A stretch of 64,000 bases of DNA from Felis catus (Eukaryota), in contig NC_058371.1 of the NCBI RefSeq assembly GCF_018350175.1, positions 144,708,001-144,772,000 of the forward strand. Direction: 5' to 3'. Shown piece by piece: positions 37,669-50,620 of the stretch. Position 1 is the first letter of the stretch. The number at the start of each line of letters is the position of its first letter. The notes below the pieces were generated by a model. That model saw only the letters and a program-made list of their open reading frames with translations, had not been told where the DNA came from and did not search any database. The position numbers and the translations under genes are program-made.

Positions 37669-38389
37669 TAGAGTCTTGGATTTTTATCCCAACTCTGCTA
37701 TTCAATATCTTTGGGACCCTGGACAAATTTCCTAACATCTTTAAACTTGAATTTTATTTTTTGTAAAACAGAAAGATTAAACCAGGTAATCTGTAAGATT
37801 CCTTGTAGCTATAAAATTGCAGGGTATTTAAAATTTTTTTTTAACCTTCAAAATGGCAAAAAAAAAAGAGCTTTTATAACAGCAGATTTGGACAGATCTG
37901 AGAAAATTAATTATGACATCAATTTTGCATTATACTTTAAGAAACTGGACTATAACCCAGAGGATCTAACATGTTTTAATGTATCTATAAGCTTAATTAA
38001 CAAATCCTGAGGCTATCTTCACCTCTTGGTTTTCTTATGTCTGTTTCCAATTTGTGTTATTCCTTATTCACCTACTACACAATGCTTATTAGTCTGTTTT
38101 GTAAAATGATGTGTCCTGAACATTTTTCTTGTGCTAACCAAGCTCCATCAACAGCCAGTGCCCTATTCTTTCTATTTAGGTAACTCTATTCACCCTTTTG
38201 CCTACTGTGGCTATCATGGGAGCCTAGAAAAAGAGACAGGTTAAAAGAGAACTTAGCATAGTTAAGAAAAAAATGAACCTACAAATTTTTAACCATCTAG
38301 AAATAAGACCAGAGGCCCTCTTGATGGTTAATTTTGTGTTCATATGAATTAACAGGTCCATACTAACTTCTAACACCTTATCTTCCAAG

Positions 38390-38498
38390 CCCTCTTCGGA
38401 GGCGTCGCAAAAGAAGAAAGAAGGAAGAAGAAATGGAAACTCTTGGTAAAGATACAACTCCAATAAATGAAGATATTCAAGAAACTAGTATTGCTTAG
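38390..38498 (+). CDS. BTC: Betacellulin exon 5 coding part (cytoplasmic tail to stop); exon ends at 38500
   Basis: TACTAAC branch point 38361-67, cttccaAG| acceptor. Translates PLRRRRKRRKKEEEMETLGKDTTPINEDIQETSIA, TAG at 38496-98, then TG|GTAAGT donor at 38501. Confidence 0.97.
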
Positions 38499-38949
38499 TG
38501 GTAAGTATGAAAAATTTGGTAGGCGAGAAACTATTCAAGTGACAGTTACCTGGTGAGATTGGGCTTAACTTGATGTAGTAAATCAATGATTCGAATTTAA
38601 TTATGCTTAGAAACATCTGAAAGTAAATAGATTTTTTTTCATAGAATCTGAAGCCAAATGAAAGACTCTCATATCTTTCTTTTGCATGTTACCACATTGA
38701 CAGGCATGCAGAAAGAGGACTTTTATACACTTTTTCTAGTTTAGTGAAATCAACCTGCTTTCTAATTGTACATGGTTGTGGTGGTGATTTTATATTTTTT
38801 TCTTCCTTGCTTTTGGGCACAAGGAAGAGGTATTGTAGCTTAAATATCTCACGCTGAAGAAAAAAAATAATAGCTACGTTTTAATCATAACCACATTTAC
38901 ATAGCATTTACCGTATGCCCAACGCTGTTCTAAGCCCTTTCAACGTTAC

Positions 38950-39720
38950 ATCCGTTAGGATCCCAGCAGGATCGAACAGCGAGATTTATTGAGGGACTGG
39001 GAGGGCAGGGTTGAGGGACCCACAGGAACTTCAAGGCTCCTGGAGCCTAACATTGGCAGGAGGCCGCTCCCCTCCCCTGCCTGGAAGGGCCCGGGAAGCT
39101 TACCTTGGCACTGAGAGGCTGGCCACCAGAGGGCCTATACTCTGTAGGAGCTGTACCTGCGGTTAGAAGTAGTCACTGCCGGGACCTCAACAAGGAAGAG
39201 GAGCAAATGAAGAAAAAAACTCCCCAAACTGTCTCACCACCTGCTTCAGATCTTCAGCAGGTGCCTCCCATTAGCCAAACCCAATGAGGATCCAGGGGAC
39301 AAGGGGGCCCTTGTGATGTGTCAGCCACCACCCCCCCCCCCCCCCACCCGGAGCTCAGAGCAGGACAAAGAATGGCTCCAAGGGGGCAAATGGATCACGG
39401 CGCTTGTACAATCGGCTAGGGTAGTTTGGCTGTGATAGCGTCAAACCCAATCGAAAGGATTTCAAATGAAGGAAATGCGTTGGCTCATGTGAACTGGCAG
39501 TCCGGAGGAACGGTACTCTGCACACTTCGGTGAACGAGAGGCTCCCACAAGGGGAAACGTTATTTCTGTTTTTCTGCTCGCTCACCGAAGAGTTGGCTTC
39601 ATCCTTGGCCGGTTCCCCTTAAGTCATGGCAGTAGCAACGGGAGCCACATGCTTCCTTGTTCATAGCCAGCAAGAGAGAGAGCAGTGACTTTCCCTAGCT
39701 CTGCCAGCAGCGTAAAGCAT
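38950..39720. mobile_element. Old ERVL/MaLR-type LTR relics in BTC intron 5 (probably two pieces)
   Basis: gcctcccattagccaaacccaatgagg...ggacaagggggccc and gttggcttcatcctt...atggcagtagca motifs typical of old LTR/MLT1 elements. Family uncertain. Confidence 0.5.
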
Positions 39721-39929
39721 CTCCTTCCCCCCCCCCAAACACCCAGCGGATGTGTGGGGTATAGTAAATGCTTATCGAGAAATCGTATGCTCCCCTAACT
39801 TATTACAGGATGACGCTAATCATTAATGAATGGAAAACAAAACTATTGGCTCTAGATTTTTTTTTTTCTTTTAATTTGCATGATCCATTTGTATTAACTA
39901 GCGTGTTCTCTGTTCCCTTATTTCTCCAG

Positions 39930-40175
39930 GCTGGTGCAAGCTGCAAAATGCCTTGCTCACTCGAAAATGGACAGAATGTGTCTCAGGAAAACAGGAGAAA
40001 TGAATTTTAAATAATGTATTTACTTTTTGTTTGTAATGTTAGTCTGTGTTTTTTACTATTTTTGTAATAATAAGTAATTTCAGTATTGTTTCGGAATTGG
40101 GAAAAAGCGCTCACTTAAGACATTTTAATAAACTTCCACTTAAAGTTTTGTTACCAGGATTACTAGTCGAATAAA
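39930..40175 (+). other. BTC: BTC terminal exon 6 (3' UTR), 3' end uncertain
   Basis: Strong pyrimidine tract tgttctctgttcccttatttctccAG| followed by AU-rich sequence, ATTTA at 40018-22, and AATAAA at 40127-32 and 40170-75. A non-coding last exon is the expected BTC layout. Confidence 0.75.
40127..40175 (+). terminator. Candidate proximal polyadenylation signals (AATAAA x2)
   Basis: AATAAA at 40127-40132 and 40170-40175, about 200-245 nt into exon 6. Usage not provable from sequence. Confidence 0.5.
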
Positions 40176-40753
40176 AAATAGAAGTGAAAAGGAGTTTAGA
40201 TTTTAGGAATTGGATTAATCATAAAGCTGCCATCTAGCCAGCACTTACCATGGGCCAAGAGTTTCGAGTATATCATTTCTTCTAAGCCTTTCAAGAACCT
40301 ATGGGACATCTATCATGATCCTCATTTCCCACATGTGGAAACAGACACAAAAAAGTGAAATAATATAACCCTGATTTATACAATTCGGAATTGGTGGAGC
40401 TAGAATTGGAGCCAAGATTTACCCAATTTCAGTTTGTGTTCTTAACTGTCATTTTTGTTGATCTGAGTGGGTGCAGCTTAACTCACTAACATAGCTCAGG
40501 ACTTTATACTAAACTGTGTTTCGCCAAGACTCTGAGATGCCGGGGCTATTTTCCTGCAGATACTCAGAAGGCAGAGTCCTGGATTTATATTACTGTTACC
40601 ATCGTGTTTTCTATAGCGTTGACCTCTATTATGTGCCTTTGCTCTTTTGTAAATTCTCATTGACATGAATAAATTCCTACATTAGTAAAGCAAACAGGTT
40701 TTCCCCGTAGCTAGGGTAATGAATAGCGATGGAAAATAAAAAATAAACAGGTA

Positions 40754-40983
40754 GGGGCGCCTGGGTGGCGCAGTCGGTTAAGCATCCGACTTCAGCCAGG
40801 TCACGGTCTCGCGGTCCGGGAGTTCGGGCCCCGCGTCAGGCTCTGGGCTGATGGCTCAGAGCCTGGAGCCTGTTTCCGATTCTGTGTCTCCCTCTCTCTC
40901 TGCCCCTCCCCCATTCATGCTCTGTCTCTCTCTGTCCCAAAAATAAATAAACGTTGAAAAAAAAATTAAAAAAAAAAATAAAT
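40754..40983 (+). mobile_element. Young felid SINEC_Fc1
   Basis: TSD aaataaacaggta at 40741-53 and about 40984-96. Confidence 0.97.
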
Positions 40984-41259
40984 AAATAAACAGGTAAGTG
41001 TTTGCACTCACTAAGGGATAAATGATAGCACTGGAAGAGGTTGTTTATTCCAGGGCAGTGGTCAGTGACAGCACAGCAGAGCCCAGCAGACACGGCTCGT
41101 GACCATATCCTCATTTTTCTTCTTCCTGATGGCTCTCAGGTGGATGTTGTTGCAATGAAATCACGACCATAAGAATCGACTACTTGGGACCATCTCGCCA
41201 GATGGTCCTTCAACTCCATAGCATATTTAATAAAGACTCTTTTAAAATTGAAAAAGCTA

Positions 41260-41381
41260 GGGGCACCTAAGTGGCTCAGACAATGAGCTTTTGAGTCTTG
41301 ATTTCAGCTCAGGTCATGATCCCAAGGTTGTGGGATCAAGCCCCATGTCAGGCTCCACACTGAGCATGGAGCCTGCTTGAG

Positions 41382-41424
<43 letters not shown>

Positions 41425-41496
41425 GCCCTTCTCCCCAGCTTGCACTCTTTCTCTCTCTTTCTATATATATAAAAGCAATTAAAAAGAAAAAAACAC
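41260..41496 (+). mobile_element. Older CAN-SINE with (CT)n
   Basis: TSD tgaaaaagcta at 41249-59 and 41497-507. Confidence 0.92.
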
Positions 41497-42261
41497 TGAA
41501 AAAGCTAAATCTCCATTTAGCCAATATTCCATAGAAACTGACACTTTCTATATTGATCGGGTGGGTAATTTACGAAAACCAATAGAAGATGTCCCCAAAT
41601 TGCTGTACTTTGGCTGTTGTGATGTTAGCCAAGCAGCTTCTTTTTTTTCCAGAATCTTTTCAAATTTTACTTTGCAGTGTAGACTTCATACACAAAGTGA
41701 AGTGGAGAATTCAGACAAAAGGTGAAGTTGTGTATCACCTTCTATCACACATTGTGTTTTGAGAATGAGGCTGCCTTCACAGAAATAGCTCAAATGTATT
41801 AAGAACTAAGCCAAACAACTAATCATCTTCTAAGTCAATTTTTCTTCCGACTTAATAGCCATCCTTGAAACAGGATTATTTATATCCAACTGATTCATGT
41901 TGCATATGCTTTATTCTCAAAAGTCTTTTGGGCTCATTTATGCCCTTGCTTTTTCTCGGTGTTCTTTGATGCCAAAGTGCTTGAAACAAATGCTTGTTAA
42001 TAGTATTTAAAAACAAAAACACAGTGCTATAAAGGTTCCTACCCTGAATTGTGGTTGGTTGACCAATGGACTCTCTTAAGCCAACCCAGGCTTAGGAATT
42101 TTGTTTTGATTCTAAAATGTAAATGGTGTCTCTTGAAATTTAGTAGGTCCCATATCAAGAAAGAACTTCAAAGATTTTTGTATCTTTTTAAAATGTAATA
42201 TTATAATCATTTTGCATGTTCTAAATGGTGTTGTTTATGTAAACTGTCAACATTATCATAT

Positions 42262-42267
42262 AATAAA
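42262..42267 (+). terminator. Candidate distal polyadenylation signal
   Basis: AATAAA after about 100 nt of U-rich, UGUA-containing sequence (42170-42260) typical of 3'-UTR ends. Confidence 0.4.
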
Positions 42268-45200
42268 ATAAGTTTATTTTTAAAACAAAGCAATCTTATT
42301 TCTTTGGAAATTTTTTAGTGGTACCATGAATTACGAAAAATAAACTTGCAGATTATTGCTTTGAAGGCTTTATATTTTATAGAGATGACCATTGATACAT
42401 TTGAAATAGCCCATTTTGATTATGTGTTTTTCTTAGAAACTAATGAATTTGAAAGTGTGGTGGACGCCTATGAGATTGTCTGCCCAACAGCCTGGCCATA
42501 TTTTTGAACCCCACCAGCAGCTGCATTTGGTTGGTTTAAGGTGAGCGCTTCACGAAGGTGAGCAATTTGGAGCCATTCCCGGTAGGACGAGGAACCAGAA
42601 CAGAAGTTAATCTTTTGGGGTTCTTGGCGCATAAAAAATGTACACTTTGAAGACATTGCAGTCATGTTTTCCTCCATGTGGTCCAGAAAAGCAAAAAATG
42701 CTGGTCAGAGAAGAACAGAGACCAGACTCAAGTTTCCTGATGGTCTGAGTCCCCATTATGTGTATTCTCAAAGTTTAGCCTCATTCTGCTCCTATCTGGG
42801 GGCTCTATGAGACATATTATCCTTACAATAAGTACTCTATTTGGATTTCTGGAACCTGGAACCAAGGTCCTGACCAACTCTGGTGCATCATGAGATTGTG
42901 GACAAGTTTCTTAAAACGGAAATGGCATCCTCTCGGAAACAGAATATCGAGCTGTTTTCCAAACAGTGCCTTCGATTGTAGGAGAGGAACGTTTCCAGCA
43001 ACAATATTCCATCTTCATCATACAGCCTTTCAAGATGATAGTTGCGACAGGTATGGAATTCAGGAAGCACTGACTGGGCACCTACTGTTTTTAGGCGCTG
43101 TGCCACCATGACAAATGCGAGGGCTCAATAAGACATGGCCTCTTAGGAAGCTTACGGTTTAGTGGGAGAAGCAGCAACGCACTGATGATTTCAATATAAT
43201 TTGGTGCTCTGGGACAGGTTCGAGGTAAAATGAGATTCGCGGACTAAACTAGCTTACAAAGAATTGGGGTAGGTTCCTGAAAGATATTACATCTGAACTG
43301 ATGTCTCTGAGAAATAAAGGTTTCTGCCCCAAATTCTGGGCCAGGCCAAATATTTCTTGGATCCTTGTCAAATTCTACAGAATTTCTTAGAAAGTTCTAG
43401 CAGTGGAGGAACAGGGAATGAAAGAAAAGAACAAATTGAGCCTCTATACCTTTTTCCAAAATGCCCTGGGCATGACAGGGTAGGGTATACGGACATGTGA
43501 GCTGAGAGGTGAGATGTTCCTGGTTCCAGTGATGTTATATTATTAAGTGATGGGCTGAGATGGGGAAGAAATTTTGATGTCCTTCCTGAAGTGGATTATG
43601 TGGGCCTTTCACATTTCCCACTTCCTATTGTTGCCCATGGAGTAGGCAAGTTACACAGAAAATGGAGTAAATGCTCTGGGACACATAACTTGCTATTTGG
43701 ACAAAGCTCTGGTTTATGCAAAATTTTGTGACGTTTCAGTGCCCATGGTTTTAAGACCAAGCTGATGCCTCAATGAGACCTTGATTTTAGTGTGTTCTGC
43801 ATATATTCTGTTATGAGAGCCTAAATATATTGGGGCATTGCTATCATTCCCAGAATATTTAGTAAGTACCAAAAGGGCCAAGTATCTTAGATGTCGGGGC
43901 TACATCAGTGAAGAAAAGGTTAAAAAAAAAAAATCTGTGACCTCATGGAGCTTATATCCCAGTGGATATAATCTTTCATAGCATGGAATTTAAAACTAGG
44001 CTTATCCAAGAAGTTACGTTACCCAGAGCACGTTGTCGTTAGACTTTTAACCTATGCCATGGTCTCGGAGAGTGAAACTCCAGATGAGCATTCACAGCAA
44101 AAAACTCGTCATATGGAAGGACTAGCAGATTCCCCTTGATCTCCAAATGATTTACCTGTTTTGATAGTGACTTTCAAGAGCAAAAAAAGTATAGCCGTGT
44201 GTCTTTGGTGTAAAAATCTTGGTTTACACTTTATTTTGTTTTATTTTTTTGCCATGATTAATGAATAAGGTGTCACATTTGCGCATCTGTTCTTTTTCAA
44301 AGCATCCTCTATGCGTCAAAGAATTTTTCAGAAGAGGACCCTGTTCCCATGTGATCATCTTTGGCAGCTAAGCGTTAATACCAGAACATAATGTGCAAAT
44401 AGTTTATTCTTGCCTGTTTGTTAATGTTACTGGATCCTGAGAATGCGTGTCTTAACAATAATATCTAGGTGGCACTTCTGTAAATTGATTCTTCCCCAGA
44501 ACCTTTGAGCTATTGGTGTTTGAAGCCATCTGAAATTCTGTATTAGAAAACTAAATAAATTGTATAACTTTGAAAAACTCTATCAGCAATTAATTTCAGG
44601 TGATAAGTTATAAGGAAACTTTCTGCTACTGGAAATACCAAAATGTGGATCTGTAGGTATGTTTAGCCAACAATTCCAGTCAGTACTTGTATTATAAAAA
44701 CAATGGTAACCAAACATGTTTGTGAGGTTTTTTTTCCCTCCATGTTTTATTTTGTTTACTCAAGTTTAAGTCACCAAAAAGTAAATGTGCAACAGAGGTA
44801 CTTCGAGAGTGGTTTTCTTTTTTCTTCTTTGGTTTATTTAAAAGAAGTCAAACAGGATTCTTCACAAACACAGAGCTCCTTAATATTGCTTGTTGTGGCA
44901 AGTATAATTATTTTTGTAGGACGTGTGCAGAATAATGAAATATTCCGAAACTCTGTGATCCAAGCTAGATGAAGAATTTTCATATACTGGGTTTTAGTAA
45001 AAAGTGAGAGGGCACCTTTTCCGACTTGCTCTGTAAAATGATTTTTGAAATACTGCAGTGTATAAACTAATTTTAGTAAGCCTGTTTCTGGCATATTCTT
45101 TTTTAACACCTAAAAACCTTTGTTTACTCAATGAACTANNNNNNNNNNNNNNNNNNNNNNNNNNNNNNNNNNNNNNNNNNNNNNNNNNNNNNNNNNNNNN

Positions 45201-45272
45201 NNNNNNNNNNNNNNNNNNNNNNNNNNNNNNNNNNNNNNNNNNNNNNNNNNNNNNNNNNNNNNNNNNNNNNNN

Positions 45273-45452
45273 GTTTTGAGAGAGAGAGGGCACAAGAGGG
45301 GAGGGGCAGAGAGAGAGACACAGAATGTGAAGTAGGTTCCAGCCTCTGAGCTGTCAGCACAGAGCCTGATGTGGGGCTCAAACCCATGAACTGTGAGATC
45401 ATGACCTGAGCTGAGGTCAGACACTCAACCATCTGAGCCACCCAGGTGCCCC
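45273..45452 (-). mobile_element. Felid CAN-SINE, tail in gap
   Basis: Antisense body and head. Confidence 0.92.
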
Positions 45453-45547
45453 TGTTTGTTTTACTCTTAAAGATAATCTAGTCTTGGGTACTGGACCTCT
45501 ACCCCTCTGCCTCCTAACTCTGACTGCATGTCAAAGTATCTGAAGTC

Positions 45548-45780
45548 TTTTTTTTTAATTGAAAAATTTTTTTTAAATCTTTATTTGTGAGAGAGAAAGA
45601 GACAGAGCATGAGCAGGGGAGGAACAGAGAGAGAAGGAGACACAGAAGAGAAGGAGAAGCAGGCTCCAGGCTCTGAGCTGTCAGCACAGAGCCTGACACA
45701 GGGCTCGAACTCATGAACTGTGAGATCATGACCTGAGCTGAAGTCAGACGCTCAACCAACTGAACCACCCAGGAGCCCCC
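45548..45780 (-). mobile_element. Felid CAN-SINE (Fc2-like)
   Basis: TSD caaagtatctgaa(g/c)tctt. Confidence 0.94.
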
Positions 45781-46559
45781 AAAGTATCTGAACTCTTAAC
45801 CAATCCAGTGCCCCTCATCATTCCCTAAATGGCATAGAGATGGGGTAACTTGCTGCTGAGCTCTTAAAATGTAAAGGTTATGAGCACAGAATCTTTGTTC
45901 AGACAGACCTGGGCTTTACTCCAAGGTATCTCACTTACAGTGGGGCCCTGGGCAGTTTCCTTAACCCTACTAATGTTCTCATCAACAGGTGGGAAAAAAC
46001 AAACAAACAAACAATAAAAACGGGTGGGCTGAGAGGATTAGATGAGATAACTCAAGCAAAATGCTTAGTTCTCTGCACCTGGAATATTTTAAACACTCTC
46101 TGGGGGAAGGGTTCACTTAATATTAGTTATTAGTAAGATCAATAATAATAGTGATGATGATGATGTTCTCGAATAACTGCTATGGAAAACAAGGAATTCT
46201 TTTTGGAAGTTAAGTCATGGCACTGATACCGTGAAGGTTTCTGTATTTTAAGGATTGCTGAGCCCTATGGAAAGGCATGTCTTTCTACTGTTGTCTGAAT
46301 GAGCCATGAGCCATAGGTAGGTGAAGAATTCCACCTCAGTGACTGACTCTGAGGTTGCCTCTTTTTTCTCCCTATCTTCTTCTCTCCCTCCTTGAAAGTA
46401 CCCAATGCGAAAAATTAAAGAAGAATTATTACAATGCTGTTGAAGATACTTCAAAGCCTAATAATTTTTAAATGATGCAGAGATAAGTTTGCTGTTTTTG
46501 GAGATGGACTTTACTACTTGCACACTCGACATCACTAGAAAAAAAAAAAGCTGGGGCTA

Positions 46560-46769
46560 GGGATGCCTGGGTGGCTCAGCTGGTTGAGTATCCACCTCTT
46601 GACTTTGGCCCAGGTCATGATCTCACCACAGTTCATGGGTTCAAGCCTCACACTGGGTGAGCTTGAGCCCCGTGTGGGGTTCCACACTCTCTCACCCTCT
46701 CCCTCTGTCTCTGTCCCTCACTTGCTTGTGCTCTTTCTCGCTAAATAAATAAATAAATAAATAAATAAA
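46560..46769 (+). mobile_element. CAN-SINE variant with (TAAA)n tail
   Basis: Head ggatgcctgggtggctcag; atypical internal gggtgagcttgagccccgtgtggg segment. Confidence 0.88.
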
Positions 46770-47054
46770 ATTCAATCTGTGCAAGTTTACCAGGCTTGGC
46801 TATTTCTTCTTAAGTTAAAATATCTGAAAACAGGAGAAAAGGACCTTGAGCAAAACACATATTGATTTAGCAATATAGCATGCACACTAATGTAACATAC
46901 GCATACCATGCTCTTACTGGAGAGTATTTCATTTGGTGGCGCCAAGATAATTTTTCAAACCAGGAAGGATGTGAAGAGGTCAACAACCTGGAAAATATTT
47001 GGCTGTTCCTGAAGCTTTTATAATTAGTAGAGTTTTGTACACACCGATGTAATT

Positions 47055-47276
47055 AAAAAAAATTTTTTTTTTGCAACGTTTATTTATTTTTGGGACAGAG
47101 AGAGACAGAGCATGAGCGGGGGAGGGGCAGAGAGAGAGGGAGACACAGAATCGGAAACAGGCTCCAGGCTCCGAGCCATCAGCCCAGAGCTTGACGCAGG
47201 GCTCGAACTCACGGACCGCGAGATCGTGACCTGGCTGAAGTCGGACGCTTAACCGACTGCGCCACCCAGGCGCCCC
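47055..47276 (-). mobile_element. Young felid SINEC_Fc1
   Basis: TSD cacac(cg/tc)atgtaatt at 47040-54 and 47277-91. Confidence 0.96.
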
Positions 47277-47894
47277 CACACTCATGTAATTTTAAGAATA
47301 TCTTTTGGCAGCTACAATTAATTCCACATTGCTCAAGTCAGTGGAGCCTCATTAATGTAAACCCACCAATCCAGAATTTTCAACCATTCAGGCATGGGCG
47401 AGGCAGATGTTTACTTACATGATAATTAAGAAATAGTATTTTATAAAAATCAGTGCTGCAACCTTTTCCAGTACATTGAACATTACACTTGTACAGCAGC
47501 ATCTTGTAATTGTCTTCATGGTAATATCATCACCTCATGTGACATCACTTATATGTTTAGAATCAAACTAATCATTTTTATAAACTACCTTCACATCCTA
47601 ATTCAATTGATTAAATACTACCAAAAGCTGACAATGGGCACACACACAAAAGTGTCTTAAGTGCAGGGAAGGTGGGGAGGAGAACAAGAGACAGCATATT
47701 TTTCAAGTAGGAGAAAAGACAAATAGCTATAATAAAAATCAGAATAAATTCATTCATTCATCCAATGAATACTCAACATTTATTATGCATAAGATAGCAC
47801 CCAGTGCTTAGGATAAAAGGATGAATGGACTAGACTTAATCCAGGTCCATATGAATTTACCTTCACTACTAGAGAGTAGAGAAGATGAGAGGTT

Positions 47895-48095
47895 TTTTTT
47901 GGGGGGGGAGGGGTTTAGTTAATTTATTTATTTTGAGAGAGAGAGAGAGAGGGAGGGACAGAAAGAGAATCTCAAGTAGTCTCTGCACTGTCAGTTTGGA
48001 GCCCAATGTGGGGCTTGAACTCACAAACCATGAGATCATGACCTGATCTGAAATCAAGAGTCTGCTGCTTAACCAACTGAGCCACTCAGGCACCC
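47895..48095 (-). mobile_element. Older CAN-SINE
   Basis: Degenerate TSD gagaag(a/t)tgagag. Confidence 0.9.
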
Positions 48096-48872
48096 TGAGA
48101 AGTTGAGAGTTTTAAATCTATGAAGAATGCCTTGCTAGTTTGTGCAAGGGATTGTCGTGGTTAGGGAAGACACAGAAAAGGTGACATTTATCTAGTCCTG
48201 GAAGAATGAGTGGATGTAGTAGGCACGTTTAGGTAAGAAGACATTCTTGGAGGCAGGTTCAAGCTAAGACCAAAGTAACCCTTTTTCCTGCTGGGTCACT
48301 GTCTGTATGGAGATGCTCCGAGTAACCCCAGTAGCCCACCTTGAACAGGTGACTTGTCAGCCTGTGACCAGGAGGGGGGGCACTCATCAACTTTGCCTGA
48401 AAGTGAACATGTACTGGGTTCCATCCCTGAAGAGATTTCTGCAATTGTCCTCAGACTGTTCAAGCTAAGAACAGATGGGGAGGAAGCTGGCCTCAATCAG
48501 GGCTGTTCCAGGACTTCAGAGGGTCTTCCAGTGCCTAATGTCTTCCCCTCTACTTCCCCTCAGGTCCACTCTCCCTTCCCCATCTGTTGATCCCATTCCT
48601 CCTTGATCAAATCTCAGTCGCCTCAGGTCCTTCTGGCGACTCACAAATTTAGCAGCCTTAGCCATAGAATGCCCATGTTTTTTTCACAAGAAAAGATGGG
48701 CTTCATCTCAAGGTTTGCCGGCTTCTTTTCCACCCCCACCCCAGGCAAGGTGGACAGGGATTCCACTATTTCCCTATTTCCAAACAAACAAAGCTTGGCA
48801 CTAGAAGAATTCATTCTCTGCCATGCGTCTCCCAAAGAAATCGGAGTCCCTTTTATGATGACATTTTTACTC

Positions 48873-49099
48873 TTTTTTTTTTTTAAATTTTTTTTTCAAC
48901 GTTTATTTATTTTTGGGACAGAGAGAGACAGAGCATGAATGGGGGAGGGGCAGAGAGAGAGGGAGACACAGAATCGGAAACAGGCTCCAGGCTCCAAGCC
49001 ATCAGCCCAGAGCCTGATGCAGGGCTCGAACTCCCGGACCGCGAGATCGTGACCTGGCTGAAGTCGGACGCTTCACCGACTGCGCCACCCAGGCGCCCC
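48873..49099 (-). mobile_element. Young felid SINEC_Fc1
   Basis: Full length; tactc plus T-run on both sides. Confidence 0.96.
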
Positions 49100-49129
49100 T
49101 ACTCTTTTTTTTTTTTTTTTTGAAAAGTG

Positions 49130-50620
49130 AGTTAACTTGGCATTATCATGCTAGACAAGCATTTCTGCCTCCCACTCATATCCCCTTGAGCTACATCACA
49201 AAACTTTCTCTCTTTAATAAAGGGCACCTTAAGAAAAAGGAGAGGGGACTCTCAGGTTTACCCCACTGCAGAGCTTTAGATGAGGTCTATGCCCCAGGAG
49301 GGAGAGGAGCTGGATCTCTTCTATTGGTAAGAGATCCATAGGATGGATGGGAGATAAGGGCAAAGAATTCCACTTGAAAAGAACCACCATTACAGATGAG
49401 ATCGCATGGGTTTGTAAATGTGGGGCATATTTGGAGAAGACTGTGTGGGACAGTGTCACAAGATAAGTGAAAGACACCTAGTCAAATCTGAATTTCAGAT
49501 AAACAAACTTTTTGTATAAATATTTTCAGGCATTGCTGTCTAAGTGGGCATTCTGTATTTGTATTTGTTATTATTATTATTATTATTATTTTGTTAAGTC
49601 TGACAACCCTAGTGTGGGAGAGTGGACCATGGGGTGTTGAGGGGAACACAGTTGAAGAAGTGGCTGTCGGGTAGGGACGGGGCAAGATAATACTGTACCT
49701 GCCATGTCGTGCTAAGAATTCTTGGACTTTACTGGATGGGAAGGACAAAATGTTTTGGGCAAGAAAGTGACATGATAAGATATATCATTGAGGAAGACGA
49801 GTCTCTAGACATCATGAAGGATAAACTGGAAAGCTGGGTGATGAGAGCCAGGAGCACTGACAGGAGCTGGAATTGAAAGATATATGTATATGGGGCGCCT
49901 GGGTGGCGCAGTCAGTTGAGCGTCCGACTTCAGCCAGGTCACGATCTCGCGGTCCGGGAGTTCGAGCCCCGCGTCGGGCTCTAGGCTGATGGCTCGGAGC
50001 CTGGAGCCTGTTTCCGATTCTGTGTCTCCCTCTCTCTCTGCCCCTCCCCCGTTCATGCTCTGTCTCCCTCTGTCCCAAAAATAAATAAACGTTGAAAAAA
50101 AATTAAAAAAAAAAAAAAAGAAAGATATATGTATAAACGCTGTGATATCCTCAGGGCATTTGGCAAGAGAATCCCCCATGATCTCGTGATCTGTTGCATT
50201 TGGGGATGTGAGAGGAGGAAGAGGCAGAGAAGACTGATAACCCTACATTGACGACCAGGAAGCTCTTGGTGTGATTAGTTGAGATATGGATCGAGGAGGA
50301 GGAGTAGGCAAGGGGAGAGGCTTGGGTGAGGGAGTCGAGAGGATGACTTGGGCTTAAAAAAATGGATTGAGGACTCCAGGAACATCTTTGTAGAGGAGCA
50401 CCAAGCAACTGAAATGAAGACCTGGGGTTCCTGGCATGTCCAGGTCAAGAAAGAGGCAAGCCTCGAGCAGAGAAAAGATATAATGAAATTACAGCTTCAG
50501 GAAGCATCACCCGAGAGTGCTGGAGAGGGACCGAAGAGTATAGACGCTGAGCTCATGAGCAGAAACTTGTACGTTGGTGGGCATTATCTTGATGTGTGGT
50601 AGTAATGTAAAAATGGGAAT
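49130..50620 (-). mobile_element. L2 relics interrupted by a SINE
   Basis: Purine-rich antisense L2-like text. Approximate. Confidence 0.5.
49892..50119 (+). mobile_element. Young felid SINEC_Fc1
   Basis: 16-nt TSD gaaagatatatgtata at 49875-90 and 50120-35. Confidence 0.97.

Noticed and set aside
1-38500. Antisense excess of SINEs inside BTC (about 13 minus versus 6 plus)
   Set aside because: The downstream region shows a similar skew (about 9 versus 6) and counts are too small.
48368-48384. CTCF-like CCAGGAGGGGGGGCAC
   Set aside because: G-run is two bases too long for the core spacing; cannot be called without a PWM or ChIP data.
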